Shown here: piece by piece, positions 1 to 11,957 of the stretch | Layout: each line of letters begins with the position of its first letter | How positions within the stretch are numbered: position 1 is the stretch's first letter | Assembly (NCBI GenBank): GCA_951406725.2 | Contig: OX597817.1 | Span: 93,434,001 to 93,498,000, forward strand | From: Octopus vulgaris | Lineage: Eukaryota | DNA: 64,000 nt | Reading direction: 5' to 3' | Notes under the pieces: model-generated | What the model saw: only the letters and a program-made list of their open reading frames with translations | What the model was told of the DNA's origin: nothing | The model's database searches: none | Position numbers and translations under genes: made by a program

Positions 1-170
1 TAACAACAACAACAACAGCAACAACAACATCGAAAAATACCTTAGGAATGAGAACCCAGGTTCGAAATTTCCCCAAGACACCTGAAGATGGCTGGAGGGT
101 ATATCAGCCGAAACGTTGTGTTAACAGCAAACAAGATGAGGACAAATATCCGTCGAATGTAAATAATGTA
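1..170 (+). mobile_element. Right arm of a tRNA-head/hammerhead palindromic element (same family as 44323-44873), cut by the window edge
   Basis: (AAC)n followed by gaaaaataccttaggaatgagaacccagg...gtaaataatgta, closely matching 44740-44875. Confidence 0.8.
76..122 (+). ncRNA. Minimal type-I hammerhead ribozyme (Penelope type)
   Basis: Stem I gacac/gtgtt; core CTGAAGA 82-88; stem II ggctg/cagcc; GAAA 110-113; palindromic mini stem III ACGT; GTT cleavage triplet. Confidence 0.75.
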
Positions 171-261
171 AAAAATGTTCATTTTGTTTCGAAAAATTAA
201 TTTAAAAAGCAAACATGGCGAAGTCAGCCTCGCTGAGGGACATGGAAGAGGAGGTGAGTAC

Positions 262-302
<41 letters not shown>

Positions 303-410
303 TATGTATATATATGTGTATATATATATATACATATATATATATATACATACATATATGTGTATATATATACACATACATATGTATCTATATATATACA
401 TACATATATA

Positions 411-446
<36 letters not shown>

Positions 447-564
447 CATATATGTGTATATATATACACATACATATATATGTATATATATATATATATA
501 TATACACAAAGACATATATATACATATATATCTATATATACATATATATGTATACAAACACATG

Positions 565-630
<66 letters not shown>

Positions 631-736
631 TGTATATAAATATGTGTATATATATACATACATATATATGCATATATGTACGCACATATATGTATATATA
701 AGTGTATATATATATATGTATATCTATGTATATATA
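262..736. repeat. (TG)n/(TA)n microsatellite
   Basis: Direct inspection. Confidence 0.95.
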
Positions 737-1995
737 CAGGGTGGGGAAGCAAAATTTACAATAAACGTTAAGTTGTTTTTTCTCAGCAGGCACTAAGTCA
801 ATTGTTTTGAAATCTAGCCTATATGGATGTCATAATCATACCTAAAACTATTATCATTACCTATTCAGAAACTTTTGCCCATATGAGTAATCAGGAAAGC
901 AAAAGTCAAAGAGAGTGTGATTTGTTGAATGCACTCGTCACACCAAATGAGATTTCAAGAATAGTTGGAGTGTCCATAAAGACTGTTTATAATGTAAAGA
1001 ATAGAATGACTATGAGCAAAACTATTAAGAGGAAGTCTGGAAGTGGAAGAATGAACAAAAAACGTACCAAAGCTTTTATTAAAGCTCTCAAATCCAAAAT
1101 CCTAAAAGATCCAACCAAATCCATGAGTAAAATGGCAATTGAACTTGGAGTAGACAACAAGACAATTAGAAATGCACTAAAATATGATTTGAGGTTAAAA
1201 TCTTACACAAGAACACCAAAACACTTGTTGACAACAGCTATGAACGAAAAGAGATTGGAAAGGTGCAAGAAATTTATTACATGGCTCAAGAAAAAGTCCT
1301 CCATTGTAACGATCTTTTCAGATGAAAAGATCTTCACTGTCGATGCTGTTCTGAACCGCAGAAATGACAGATTTATTGCAAAATCAACAGCTGAGGTTAA
1401 GGGGACATTCAAAACAAAACATCCTGTTCAAGTTATGGCTTTTGGTGTCGTGGCTTCCGATGGAAAGATAATGCTTATAAAATTCTACAAAGCTGATGAA
1501 AAGATCAATGTTAATACTTACTATAAGACTCTGAGATACCAGGTATTGCCATGGCTTAAAACAAACTACCTGAATAGCAATTATGTATGGACACAGGATG
1601 GTGCTCCAACCCACATAGCTAGAAAAATACGAGATTTCTGCAAATCTAACTTTAGCAATTTTTTGGAATCATGTTTATGGCCGCCTTCTAGCCCAGATAT
1701 AAACCCTCTGGATTATGCTATTTGGGGCGATCAATGCCGACTCTCTTAAAGATACTATTAAAGAAGAATGGGAGAAGTTGTCTCCCGAATATTTGAGGAA
1801 CACTCGTGCAAGTTTCAGGAAGCGTGTGAAGGCAGTTATTGAGAAAGAAGGGGGGGGACATAGAATAAAAACATTTTCTATTATGTAAATTTTCTTGTGG
1901 CAAATAAATTCTCATGACATTCAATAAATTAATTGGTCATACACTGTCTTTCAGTCCCTGCTTCAAAATATTGTAAATTTTGCTTCCCCACCCTG
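737..1995 (+). mobile_element. Tc1/mariner DNA transposon, maT (DD37D) family
   Basis: Perfect 27-bp TIRs cagggtggggaagcaaaatttacaata at 737-763 and 1969-1995; TA on both flanks. Confidence 0.95.
823..1749 (+). CDS. DD37D transposase, C-terminus disrupted; probable start is the ATG of MSNQESK
   Basis: Motifs [15 protein letters not shown] and [13 protein letters not shown]; 37 residues between 2nd and 3rd Asp; frame breaks after DYAIWG. Confidence 0.88.
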   Translation: MDVIIIPKTIIITYSETFAHMSNQESKSQRECDLLNALVTPNEISRIVGVSIKTVYNVKNRMTMSKTIKRKSGSGRMNKKRTKAFIKALKSKILKDPTKSMSKMAIELGVDNKTIRNALKYDLRLKSYTRTPKHLLTTAMNEKRLERCKKFITWLKKKSSIVTIFSDEKIFTVDAVLNRRNDRFIAKSTAEVKGTFKTKHPVQVMAFGVVASDGKIMLIKFYKADEKINVNTYYKTLRYQVLPWLKTNYLNSNYVWTQDGAPTHIARKIRDFCKSNFSNFLESCLWPPSSPDINPLDYAIWGDQCRLS

Positions 1996-2057
1996 TATAT
2001 ATATATACATATATACATATATATGTACATATACATATACATAAATATATATATACA

Positions 2058-2520
2058 TATATGAATAAATAAATGGAGTTAACGCAGGTGTAAATCAAAT
2101 ATTTTACTTTCAACACATGTTTCGAAAATTCCACTGATACTATTCAAAAGAATAAATGGTATAAACAATGCAATCTTCTCTTCAGGAAAGTGAAAAAAAT
2201 GAAACTCGTCAATAAGACATTTTAGCAAAAAATGATGGATTTGTACAGCGATTAACTGAACGCTATTAATATTGTTTAAAAAAACGTTATATGATATAAC
2301 GCCATAAGTAGCTTACAGAAACATGTCTCGAAAGTAAAATATTTGATTTACACCTGCGTTAACTCCATTTATTTATTCATATATTATACAAAAAATTCCA
2401 CGTAAACACGAAGTTTCTACCTTTATAAACAAGGAGTTACAACCTCTTGTGAGATTTTTGCTACCCTGGTAACTATTTATTTATTTTTCGTGTTAATTGT
2501 TAACAAGGTAAAAATACACT
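2058..2520. mobile_element. Small fold-back Penelope-type non-autonomous element
   Basis: Inverted arms ~2058-2123 and ~2318-2383; full hammerhead on the left (minus), 3' half of it on the right. Confidence 0.65.
2106..2191 (-). ncRNA. Type-I hammerhead ribozyme with long loop II
   Basis: Minus strand: actttc-CTGAAGA-gaagatt...aattttc-GAAA-catgt-GTT-gaaagt; 6-bp stem I, 7-bp stem II. Confidence 0.7.
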
Positions 2521-2600
2521 CATCTATTTATATATATACATATATATGTATATTTATGTATATACATACATATTTATACATATATATTTATATATATGTA

Positions 2601-2733
<133 letters not shown>

Positions 2734-2819
2734 TTGTGTGTGTGTGTTGGCTATGTTGAGGCCCAAATATTATCAAGTTTCACTGGTTTCACCTTGTTTC
2801 ACATTTATGTGTTTACTCC

Positions 2820-2857
<38 letters not shown>

Positions 2858-2987
2858 CATATATACATATATAGGTATATGTATATATACATCTATGTGG
2901 ATATATACATACAAATATATGTGTATATATACATACATATAAATATATATGTATATATATATGCGCGTATGTATATATATATGCGCG

Positions 2988-3033
<46 letters not shown>

Positions 3034-3409
3034 AAACTGAAATGCGAAAAGTTTGTTTGTTTGTCTGGTTTTGTCATTGAGAACGGGTTAAAGGCCACTA
3101 GATCCCGTCGGATTGACTCCAAAATTTACAGGGACATGTAAAATGAGGTGACGATGCCAGTGGGCTAGGTTAGAAATCCCCATCTTAAAAGGTGTCGTTG
3201 CTAGGGCCAAAAACGCACTTTGACAAGACGACTCTCATTCTTTTATGTATCTGTTTTCCTCCGTCACTCACTCTCTTTCCTCCCTTCCCATCACTTTCAG
3301 TATATAACGTTGTTTCACGGCGTCTATCTCCCTTACCTTCACTTTCTCTTTATAACGTCCTCAAACGGCGTTCTGTATCTCCCCCTCCCCGCCCTCGACA
3401 GCGCTTTCA

Positions 3410-3451
<42 letters not shown>

Positions 3452-3597
3452 ACGTCTGTCTGCATTCATAGACAGAATTATCATCGCCACTACGACCACA
3501 CAATTATGAGAACAAATATTATGAATCAGATATTCATTGGGTTAATTTATATATGTGTGTGTGTGTGTTCTATATATAAATATATATATAGAATGCG

Positions 3598-3637
<40 letters not shown>

Positions 3638-3693
3638 GCATTATATATATATATATGTGTGTGTGTGTATGCATTATATATACAAATGTATAC

Positions 3694-3735
<42 letters not shown>

Positions 3736-3826
3736 ATCATTTGGGGTACTTAGTTGTGCCCATGAGTTAGTATTTGCTTCTTCCATGGGTATGAGTAAGT
3801 ATCTCATTTATTTCTTTTACCACATG

Positions 3827-3884
3827 TATCACTGACGAAGAGAGGGCTCTTAGTAGCCAACTCTGAAATCGGTCCGATATGGTA
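3827..3884 (+). ncRNA. Type-I hammerhead ribozyme
   Basis: tatca-CTGACGA-agag..ggct/agcc..ctct-GAAA-tcggtccg-ATA-tggta; all three stems pair; predicted cut after 3879. Confidence 0.75.
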
Positions 3885-4029
3885 ATAATGGAATTTTTTA
3901 GAATTTTCTGTCAGCCTTTTTTCGGGTAGCGTGCGTATTGTGAAAAAATTATATGGTTAATGGACAATATGTCCAATTTTTCGGCATATTTGGCTTTAGA
4001 ATCTTTTTCCTTTGCCCTCATTTATGAAG

Positions 4030-4061
<32 letters not shown>

Positions 4062-5054
4062 AATTAAATTAGAGATAAAACCACTATTAACCAAATCAAA
4101 CAGTGAAAAACATAAACGAAAACATAAAATTAAAAATATAATATACAAAATATATAAAATATAAAATTTAAAAATTGAAATTATTTAAATTTAAAATTAA
4201 AATTATTAATTTATATTTATAATTTTTTTAAAAATATATATAACTATCAAAAAGTATTAAAAAGTGTAATATACATATGCACACCTATGTTAAAAGTGCT
4301 GGCGAGTTTGCATGGCAACTATTTTTTTCCTCAAATGAAAGGCGTGGCCTCTAGGACAAAATTCCTCATCTTATAAAATGTGACCCGAGAAGGCTCGAAT
4401 GAAATCGGGTTAAATTAACCAAAATGTGAAAAGAGGTCTAAATGGGGCTTGAAGGGGATTAAAATTTACAGGAGCGGGTGTTTAGGAATTCTCTGTTACA
4501 TCACGCTAAAAAATTTGCGCCAGCCTTTAAATCGTCAATGTGTTGCCGTCCATGATGAAGAAGTTTTGAATGCTTGCCATGGTGAGTCTACTGTCGTGAG
4601 AAAGAATCACTTCAAAGCTTGGTGTTTAGGAATTTTCTTTTACATCAAGTTCAAAATTTTACGCCAGCCGTTAAACTGCCACTATGTTACTGTCCGTCGT
4701 TAAGAAATGCCAGCCATGGTGACTCTACTATCCTCAGATTCTATCCTTTCAAACTTTGGTTTCCAATATTTTTTTATTTTTATTCAGCTCGCAAGTTCGT
4801 CTGTCCCTTTTAAATGTTAGTGTTTTGCCTTCTGCCTTGAAGCAGACCTTTCCGTTGTCACTGTCTGATATTCATGATTGATCTTTCAAACTACTTTCTT
4901 TCTCAACTTACTCAAGATCTTTTGTTGTTTATAAATGGGAGAGAGATAGATAGAGAAAGATTGAGAGTAAGAGAAAGCGAGGGAGAGTCCGAGACAAAGG
5001 AAGAGTAAGAGAGTGGGAAAGGGAAAGAGAAAGGAGAGAGAAACAAAGAGGGAG

Positions 5055-5330
5055 AATCATCATCATCATCATCATAATCGTTTAACGTCCGTTTTCCGTG
5101 CTAGCACGGGTTGGACGGTTTGACCGGGGTCTGGGAAGCCAGGAGGCTGCACCAGGCTCCAGTCTGATCTGGCAGTGTTTCTACAGCTGGATGCCCTTCC
5201 TAACGCCAACCACTCCGTCATTGTAGTGGGTGATTTTTTCGTGCCACCGGCACAGGTGCCACGGGGGAGGGGCACTGGCAGCGGCCACGATCGGTTGGTG
5301 CTTTTTACGTGCCACCGGCACAGAAGCCAG
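5055..5330 (-). mobile_element. SINE-like repeat with (GAT)n tail
   Basis: Minus strand gttggcgttaggaagggcatccagctgtagaaac...aacgattatgatgatg; related copies near 54.5, 55.3 and 57.8 kb. Confidence 0.75.
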
Positions 5331-5562
5331 TCGAGGCGGCGCTGCCATCGGCCACGTTCGGATGGTGCTTTTTACGTGCCGAAAGGATGCAACAGAAAAT
5401 AACAACCACACTCTTATCCGCGCGTAGAGCGGGTCACCTTAAGCTAGTATATATATATATTACAAACGTATATATACATATATATACACATATATATATA
5501 CATATACACATGTATATATATATACATATATATATACTTATAAACATATATATATACACACA

Positions 5563-5945
5563 TATTATGGCTGCCCCCTCGTTATCGAGTATGGCCATTG
5601 CACGAAGCTTAACTGTTACTGGTGCTGTGATCGAATGGGACTTTTTAGCCCAGCCAAAGATCTACAATGTCTTGTACAGAATTGGCAACTAAAAGCTTTA
5701 CCGGTAATAGCCGGCTGTAGTTGTAGCTGGGCTTCATGTACATTTGCATGTCGTTTAAGTCCTCCTGCTGAATTACACTCTCTTCCACATGCCTGAGAGA
5801 TATGATTAGTATGGTGTGTAACACCACCAGTGGCCAGGTTGTCACTCATCTTTCTCACTTTATGACTACGAAGATGACTCTTGAGTCCAGCTTTACTGAG
5901 GCAAGGTCTTGCACAGACACTGCATATTAGCATCATAGGAAGACC
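5563..5945 (-). mobile_element. 3' end of an RTE-like LINE encoding three C2H2-like zinc fingers
   Basis: ORF 5616-5936 with [21 protein letters not shown] and two degenerate repeats, followed by a short RTE-like 3' tail; TA repeats on both sides. Confidence 0.6.
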
Positions 5946-5959
5946 CTATATACACATAT

Positions 5960-5992
<33 letters not shown>

Positions 5993-6066
5993 CGTATACA
6001 TATGTATATATAAGTATATATATATACATACATATATATGTATATACACATACATATATACATATG

Positions 6067-6106
<40 letters not shown>

Positions 6107-6132
6107 TATATATACATATATATATACATATA

Positions 6133-6188
<56 letters not shown>

Positions 6189-6878
6189 TATGTATATATA
6201 TATATATGTATATATATACATATATATATGTATATATTAATAAAAAAGAATTCCAACCTTGTCTGATTTTCACGTTTTATTTACAATCTTATAATGATAT
6301 ATTATAAGATAATATATATATTGAATAAAATATATATATAAATATTATATACTAGTACTTTCATATGAATTCTATCTTCGGGTTATGTAGTAGTGTTGAC
6401 AGTATGCTTCACAATTTTTGACTGTAGCAAGATGAGTGATTCTGTGCTATAAATACAGCTGGGTAGGCTCCAGAGTGCTAGGTTTTGCAAACTGTATTCT
6501 GACCAATCAGTGTGTAGTATCACTCAATTACTTAAGCTGATTGGTTGGTTGAGCTGATTGGTTTAGGCATCATGCTTTGTTGGACAGGTCAAGAGTCCTG
6601 TATCTTGACCCTGGCCGAAGCAGCAATTGTTGGGTTATTTTTAGAAATGTTGTAAATATCCTTTGTCAGAGATTTTTATATTTTTATATTTCAATTGTCA
6701 TCATCATCATTGTCAGCACCTTAATTATTGTTGCTAGTGGTGATGGTGGTGGAAATAGAGCTTTTAACCCTAAATAAGATAATTTTCCTGCTATCTTCGT
6801 CTTGATCACCTTTAGTATTGTTGTTGTTGTTAGTGGTCATGGTCGTAGCAGTGGAAGTAATACCTCTAAGTATTATTA

Positions 6879-9800
6879 TTATTGCTTATTTAGCTTGGGT
6901 TCGAATTTATCAATAAAATTCTTTTCTCTGATTTTCCTCTCGATTTCACTTGGGCTGTGTAATTTGTAGAATGGAAATATTATATATATTTTCCGACCAC
7001 ATGTTGCTAGGTGGTTACTCAAAGGTATCTGACGGACCTCTGGGTCTCTAATCTGTTGCCGGTGTACACGTGAGCGTTCTAATAGTGCGTTTCCCGTCTG
7101 ACCTACATATATTTCTTCACAATTTGGGCATTTGATGCAGTAAATTAAATTTCTGCTTTTGCAGTTCATATTCGCGTTTGTGAATATTTTCCCGGTTTTT
7201 GTGTTTATATATTGACCGGTATGTATGAATTGGCATGTGCCACATCGGCTATCATTGCATTTAGATACCGTGAATGTTTGGTCTTTGTTGCTGAGGTCAA
7301 ATTTTGCCTTTGTTAGTAATGTTTTCAAGTTTTTAGGCTGTCTTTTACTAAGCACCATAGCTCGATCCTTGATTATGTCTTTTAATTCATTACTTTGGGC
7401 AATGATTGGTAGGTTTGCTTTGGCAATGTTGAAGATATTCTGGTGACATGGGTTGTGTGTCACTATGAATGGTATGACTTGTTCTTGTTTTCCTCTTCCT
7501 TGGGTTGTCCTAAGTTGTTGTATAGGTATTTTTATAGCCCGCTGTATGCCATTTTCTATAAGTAGAGATGGGTATTTTTGTTTGAGCAAAAATTCTCTTA
7601 GTTCTATTAGGCGTTTGTTCCTGATATTTGCATCTTCTACAATAGTACAAATTCTTCTGGCTAGGCAGTATGGGATGTTACGTTTTGTATGTGGTGGATG
7701 GCACGACTTAAAATTTAGGTATTGATGTGTGTCTGTGTGTTTATAGTATATATCTGTGGTGATGGTGGTGTCTTTTTTAATTACCATTATATCCAGGAAT
7801 GGTAATTTGGTACTACTCATCTCCTTTGTAAATTTGAGAGATGGGTGTAGGTTGTTCAGGAGGATATTGAACTCTTCCAGAGTATTTAGAGATTCTGTCC
7901 AGATTATGAAACAGTCGTCTAGGTATCTCTTCCATGCCTTTTCAATATACTTTCTAAATCCAGTGCCATAGTTTACCTCCACCTCTTGGTAGAGTTGTTC
8001 TTCTAAGTATCCCATTACAGAGTTGGCGTAAACGGGAGCAAACCTCGTTCCCATCGCCGTGCCTCTAATTTGGATGTAATTCTTTCCATTGAAGAAGAAT
8101 GTGTTATTTTCTAGAATAAGTTTGACTGTGTCTAATATAAATGGCACTGTGAATCTGCTGGGAATCACTTCTCTATGTTTTTCTAACCAGTATTTAATCG
8201 CCTTTATTCCTAAATCGTGTGGAATATTGGTGTAGAGGCTTACCACATCAAAACTTAGTAAAACTGAATTTGTTTCTGTTGTTTGGGAAGATGGGACAGG
8301 AAGTCGATGTCATCCCTGATGAAACTTGGTATGTAAGTACATAGTGGTTTCAAAACAATCTCAATAAAATTGCTTAGACGGTGTGTAGGGCATGCTGGAC
8401 CAGCTATAATAGGTCTAAGTTTTAGGTCTTTTGGATGTAATAATTTTATGTACTCACTTTCTTGTTCTTTTACTGCCTGTTGAATGTTTTTTGATTTGTG
8501 TATTTTTGGTAAGCCGTAGAAGTTGCTGGGTTTTGGTTCAAAATTGGTGATGTAGTCTTTTTCATTATCCGTAAGTGAGTTGTGGTGTGTTGAAATCAGG
8601 TTGTTGATCTTTTTTCATGATGTGGTGGTCTATATTTGCGGGTATTTCACAATAGAAGGTTGTATCCTTCAGTTGGTCTTCAACCAAATCCTTATAGTAT
8701 TCGGTATCCATAATAACAATTGCACCACCTTTATCTGCTTGTTTAATTATTATTGTTTGATCGTTTTGTATACGTTTACATGCAGACATCTCTGATTTGC
8801 TAATGTTTGGCCTAACATTGGTATTGCGTCTAAGGGGAAATTTGAGACAGGATATCAATGTATTGGTCAAGGTAGTTATTTCTTCCTTTTGGTGGGGTGA
8901 AATTTGATTTATTCCTTACTAGGGATTCATCAATCTCATTACTTTTGTTAGCGAAGAATTCTACAAGTCGTAATTTTCGACAGAATTTTTGGATATCCTC
9001 CTTTAATTCTTGGTGGTTGGCTGTTGGTGTAGAATGTGAATTTCAGTCCTTTTGACAGAAGTTGGATTTCATCATTGTCAAGATCTCTTTTTGATAAATT
9101 AATTATTTTAGGATCTATACGTTCAGTTGTTTGGGGTATGTTTCCTCTTCGATTTTTTTCTTTCTCCGGTGTTTGTTGTCCTGACGTAAAAAAATGGATT
9201 TTTTTCTGGTTATGATTTATATTCCTGTTGATGTTTGCTTGATGAATTTTGCGTTTTGGTTGTGGTACTTTACTTGGTTTCGTTATGTTTTCTGTCTTGT
9301 TTTTGGTATTATGTATGCTACTTTTCAATTTCTTGTTAGCATTGTTTTTAACCACCTGGAGAAATGATCTGGGTTTACTTCTAGATCTAGATCGGTTTTT
9401 TGTCCAGTTTCTTGTGGAGTAATCTCTGTTGAGGTCTTGAAAATGATCTCCTGTTATTTCTACTGCTAATGGTCTGTTCAAAACAATATCTATTTTGTTT
9501 GTGCTTTTTGTTCATGTTGTGTGCATTAGGGTGTTTGCATACAAAATGGGAAGAGTTCTTACCGTAGTTCGTCTTCGATTCGTGGTGAAACGGTTGTTCA
9601 TGTTGCCACGTGTTCTGGTGTATGTTGCGTTGGTGAGGTTGTCCACTTTTAATGCTATTTCTCGGAGTTCTGGTGTCTTTACCGTAATTTGTAGCATATT
9701 TGTCGAGAAATAATTGTTTCCGCTGCCAAAACTTTCTTGATCTGCTTTCTTCTTTTGAGATATCTCTGATCCATAGTTCTCGCATTTTTCTGCTATATTG

Positions 9801-9890
9801 CCTGGTCGTTACGATGAAATTTCCATTAGAATTCTTTCGGATTCTGTTAATTTTGTTTGTTGCTTTCCAGACATGTTGGCATATACACAA
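6879..9890 (-). pseudogene. Penelope RT + GIY-YIG polyprotein split by 1-bp homopolymer indels
   Basis: ORFs 6879-8246, 8565-8870, 8948-9481 and 9387-9890; 6879-8246 is identical in protein to the C-terminal part of 10194-11957. Confidence 0.85.
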
Positions 9891-10078
9891 TAGGAATATA
9901 GATATATATATATATGGGTGTGTGTGATTGTGTATAGAAGAATATATTAATAAAAGAATTCCAACCTTGTCTGATTTTCACGTTTTATTTACAATCTTAT
10001 AATGATATATTATAAGATAATATATTATAATTGAATAAAATAAAATGAAATAGTAGAATGTTAAATATTCATTCTGAT

Positions 10079-10123
10079 TGAACTAGTACTTTCATGCATT
10101 GAATTTTGCAATCTTCGGGTTCA
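10079..10123 (-). ncRNA. pLTR hammerhead ribozyme (CCGAAGA core variant)
   Basis: Near-exact reverse complement of 12452-12496. Confidence 0.65.
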
Positions 10124-10193
10124 TGTAGTAGTGTTGACAGTCATGCTTCACAATTTTTGACTGTAGCAAAATACCCGCTATAAATATAGACCA

Positions 10194-11957
10194 GTGCTAG
10201 GTTTTGCAAACTGTATCATGAAAAAGATCAACAACCTGATTTCAACACACCACAACTCACTTACGGATAATGAAAAAGACTACATCACCAATTTTGAACC
10301 AAAACCCAGCAACTTCTACGGCTTACCAAAAATACACAAATCAAAAAACATTCAACAGGCAGTAAAAGAACAAGAAAGTGAGTACATAAAATTATTACAT
10401 CCAAAAGACCTAAAACTTAGACCTATTATAGCTGGTCCAGCATGCCCTACACACCGTCTAAGCAATTTTATTGAGATTGTTTTGAAACCACTATGTACTT
10501 ACATACCAAGTTTCATCAGGGATGACATCGACTTCCTGTCCCATCTTCCCAAAACAACAGAAACAAATTCAGTTTTGCTAAGTTTTGATGTGGTAAGCCT
10601 CTACACCAATATTCCACACGATTTAGGAATAAAGGCGATTAAATACTGGTTAGAAAAACATAGAGAAGTGATTCCCAGCAGATTCACAGTGCCATTTATA
10701 TTAGACACAGTCAAACTTATTCTAGAAAATAACACATTCTTCTTCAATGGAAAGAATTACATCCAAATTAGAGGCACGGCGATGGGAACGAGGTTTGCTC
10801 CCGTTTACGCCAACTCTGTAATGGGATACTTAGAAGAACAACTCTACCAAGAGGTGGAGGTAAACTATGGCACTGGATTTAGAAAGTATATTGAAAAGGC
10901 ATGGAAGAGATACCTAGACGACTGTTTCATAATCTGGACAGAATCTCTAAATACTCTGGAAGAGTTCAATATCCTCCTGAACAACCTACACCCATCTCTC
11001 AAATTTACAAAGGAGATGAGTAGTACCAAATTACCATTCCTGGATATAATGGTAATTAAAAAAGACACCACCATCACCACAGATATATACTATAAACACA
11101 CAGACACACATCAATACCTAAATTTTAAGTCGTGCCATCCACCACATACAAAACGTAACATCCCATACTGCCTAGCCAGAAGAATTTGTACTATTGTAGA
11201 AGATGCAAATATCAGGAACAAACGCCTAATAGAACTAAGAGAATTTTTGCTCAAACAAAAATACCCATCTCTACTTATAGAAAATGGCATACAGCGGGCT
11301 ATAAAAATACCTATACAACAACTTAGGACAACCCAAGGAAGAGGAAAACAAGAACAAGTCATACCATTCATAGTGACACACAACCCATGTCACCAGAATA
11401 TCTTCAACATTGCCAAAGCAAACCTACCAATCATTGCCCAAAGTAATGAATTAAAAGACATAATCAAGGATCGAGCTATGGTGCTTAGTAAAAGACAGCC
11501 TAAAAACTTGAAAACATTACTAACAAAGGCAAAATTTGACCTCAGCAACAAAGACCAAACATTCACGGTATCTAAATGCAATGATAGCCGATGTGGCACA
11601 TGCCAATTCATACATACCGGTCAATATATAAACACAAAAACCGGGAAAATATTCACAAACGCGAATATGAACTGCAAAAGCAGAAATTTAATTTACTGCA
11701 TCAAATGCCCAAATTGTGAAGAAATATATGTAGGTCAGACGGGAAACGCACTATTAGAACGCTCACGTGTACACCGGCAACAGATTAGAGACCCAGAGGT
11801 CCGTCAGATACCTTTGAGTAACCACCTAGCAACATGTGGTCGGAAAATATATATAATATTTCCATTCTACAAATTACACAGCCCAAGTGAAATCGAGAGG
11901 AAAATCAGAGAAAAGAATTTTATTGATAAATTCGAACCCAAGCTAAATAAGCAATAA
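10194..11957 (+). CDS. Penelope (Neptune-type) reverse transcriptase + GIY-YIG endonuclease, 5'-truncated; first ~8 codons are junction sequence
   Basis: FYGLPKIHK, RPIIAG, SFDVVSLYTNI, RYLDD, LPFLDI, KCNDSRCGTC, NLIYCIKCPNC..YVGQTG. Confidence 0.92.
   Translation: MLGFANCIMKKINNLISTHHNSLTDNEKDYITNFEPKPSNFYGLPKIHKSKNIQQAVKEQESEYIKLLHPKDLKLRPIIAGPACPTHRLSNFIEIVLKPLCTYIPSFIRDDIDFLSHLPKTTETNSVLLSFDVVSLYTNIPHDLGIKAIKYWLEKHREVIPSRFTVPFILDTVKLILENNTFFFNGKNYIQIRGTAMGTRFAPVYANSVMGYLEEQLYQEVEVNYGTGFRKYIEKAWKRYLDDCFIIWTESLNTLEEFNILLNNLHPSLKFTKEMSSTKLPFLDIMVIKKDTTITTDIYYKHTDTHQYLNFKSCHPPHTKRNIPYCLARRICTIVEDANIRNKRLIELREFLLKQKYPSLLIENGIQRAIKIPIQQLRTTQGRGKQEQVIPFIVTHNPCHQNIFNIAKANLPIIAQSNELKDIIKDRAMVLSKRQPKNLKTLLTKAKFDLSNKDQTFTVSKCNDSRCGTCQFIHTGQYINTKTGKIFTNANMNCKSRNLIYCIKCPNCEEIYVGQTGNALLERSRVHRQQIRDPEVRQIPLSNHLATCGRKIYIIFPFYKLHSPSEIERKIREKNFIDKFEPKLNKQ

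Larger units (their letters stand above)
3025..5447 (+). mobile_element. Probable non-autonomous Helitron with nested insertions
   Basis: 5' part tataaaactg...gtttgtttgtttgtctg resembles Helitron-N starts; 3' hairpin ccgcgcgtagagcgg followed by CTAG|T at 5444-5448. Confidence 0.55.
6235..10170 (-). mobile_element. Penelope-like retroelement (Neptune type), near full length, with direct pLTR copies at ~6235-6430 and ~9940-10170
   Basis: Frameshifted ORF pieces with IINLS..LLSKGLKF, ADKGGAIVIMD, GTAMGT..AP.YAN, RYLDD, C..RC.TC linker and GIY-YIG (LIYC..YVGQTG). Confidence 0.92.

Noticed and set aside
10194-10217. N-terminus MLGFANCI of the 587-aa ORF
   Set aside because: Comes from the mosaic pLTR junction, not a true start
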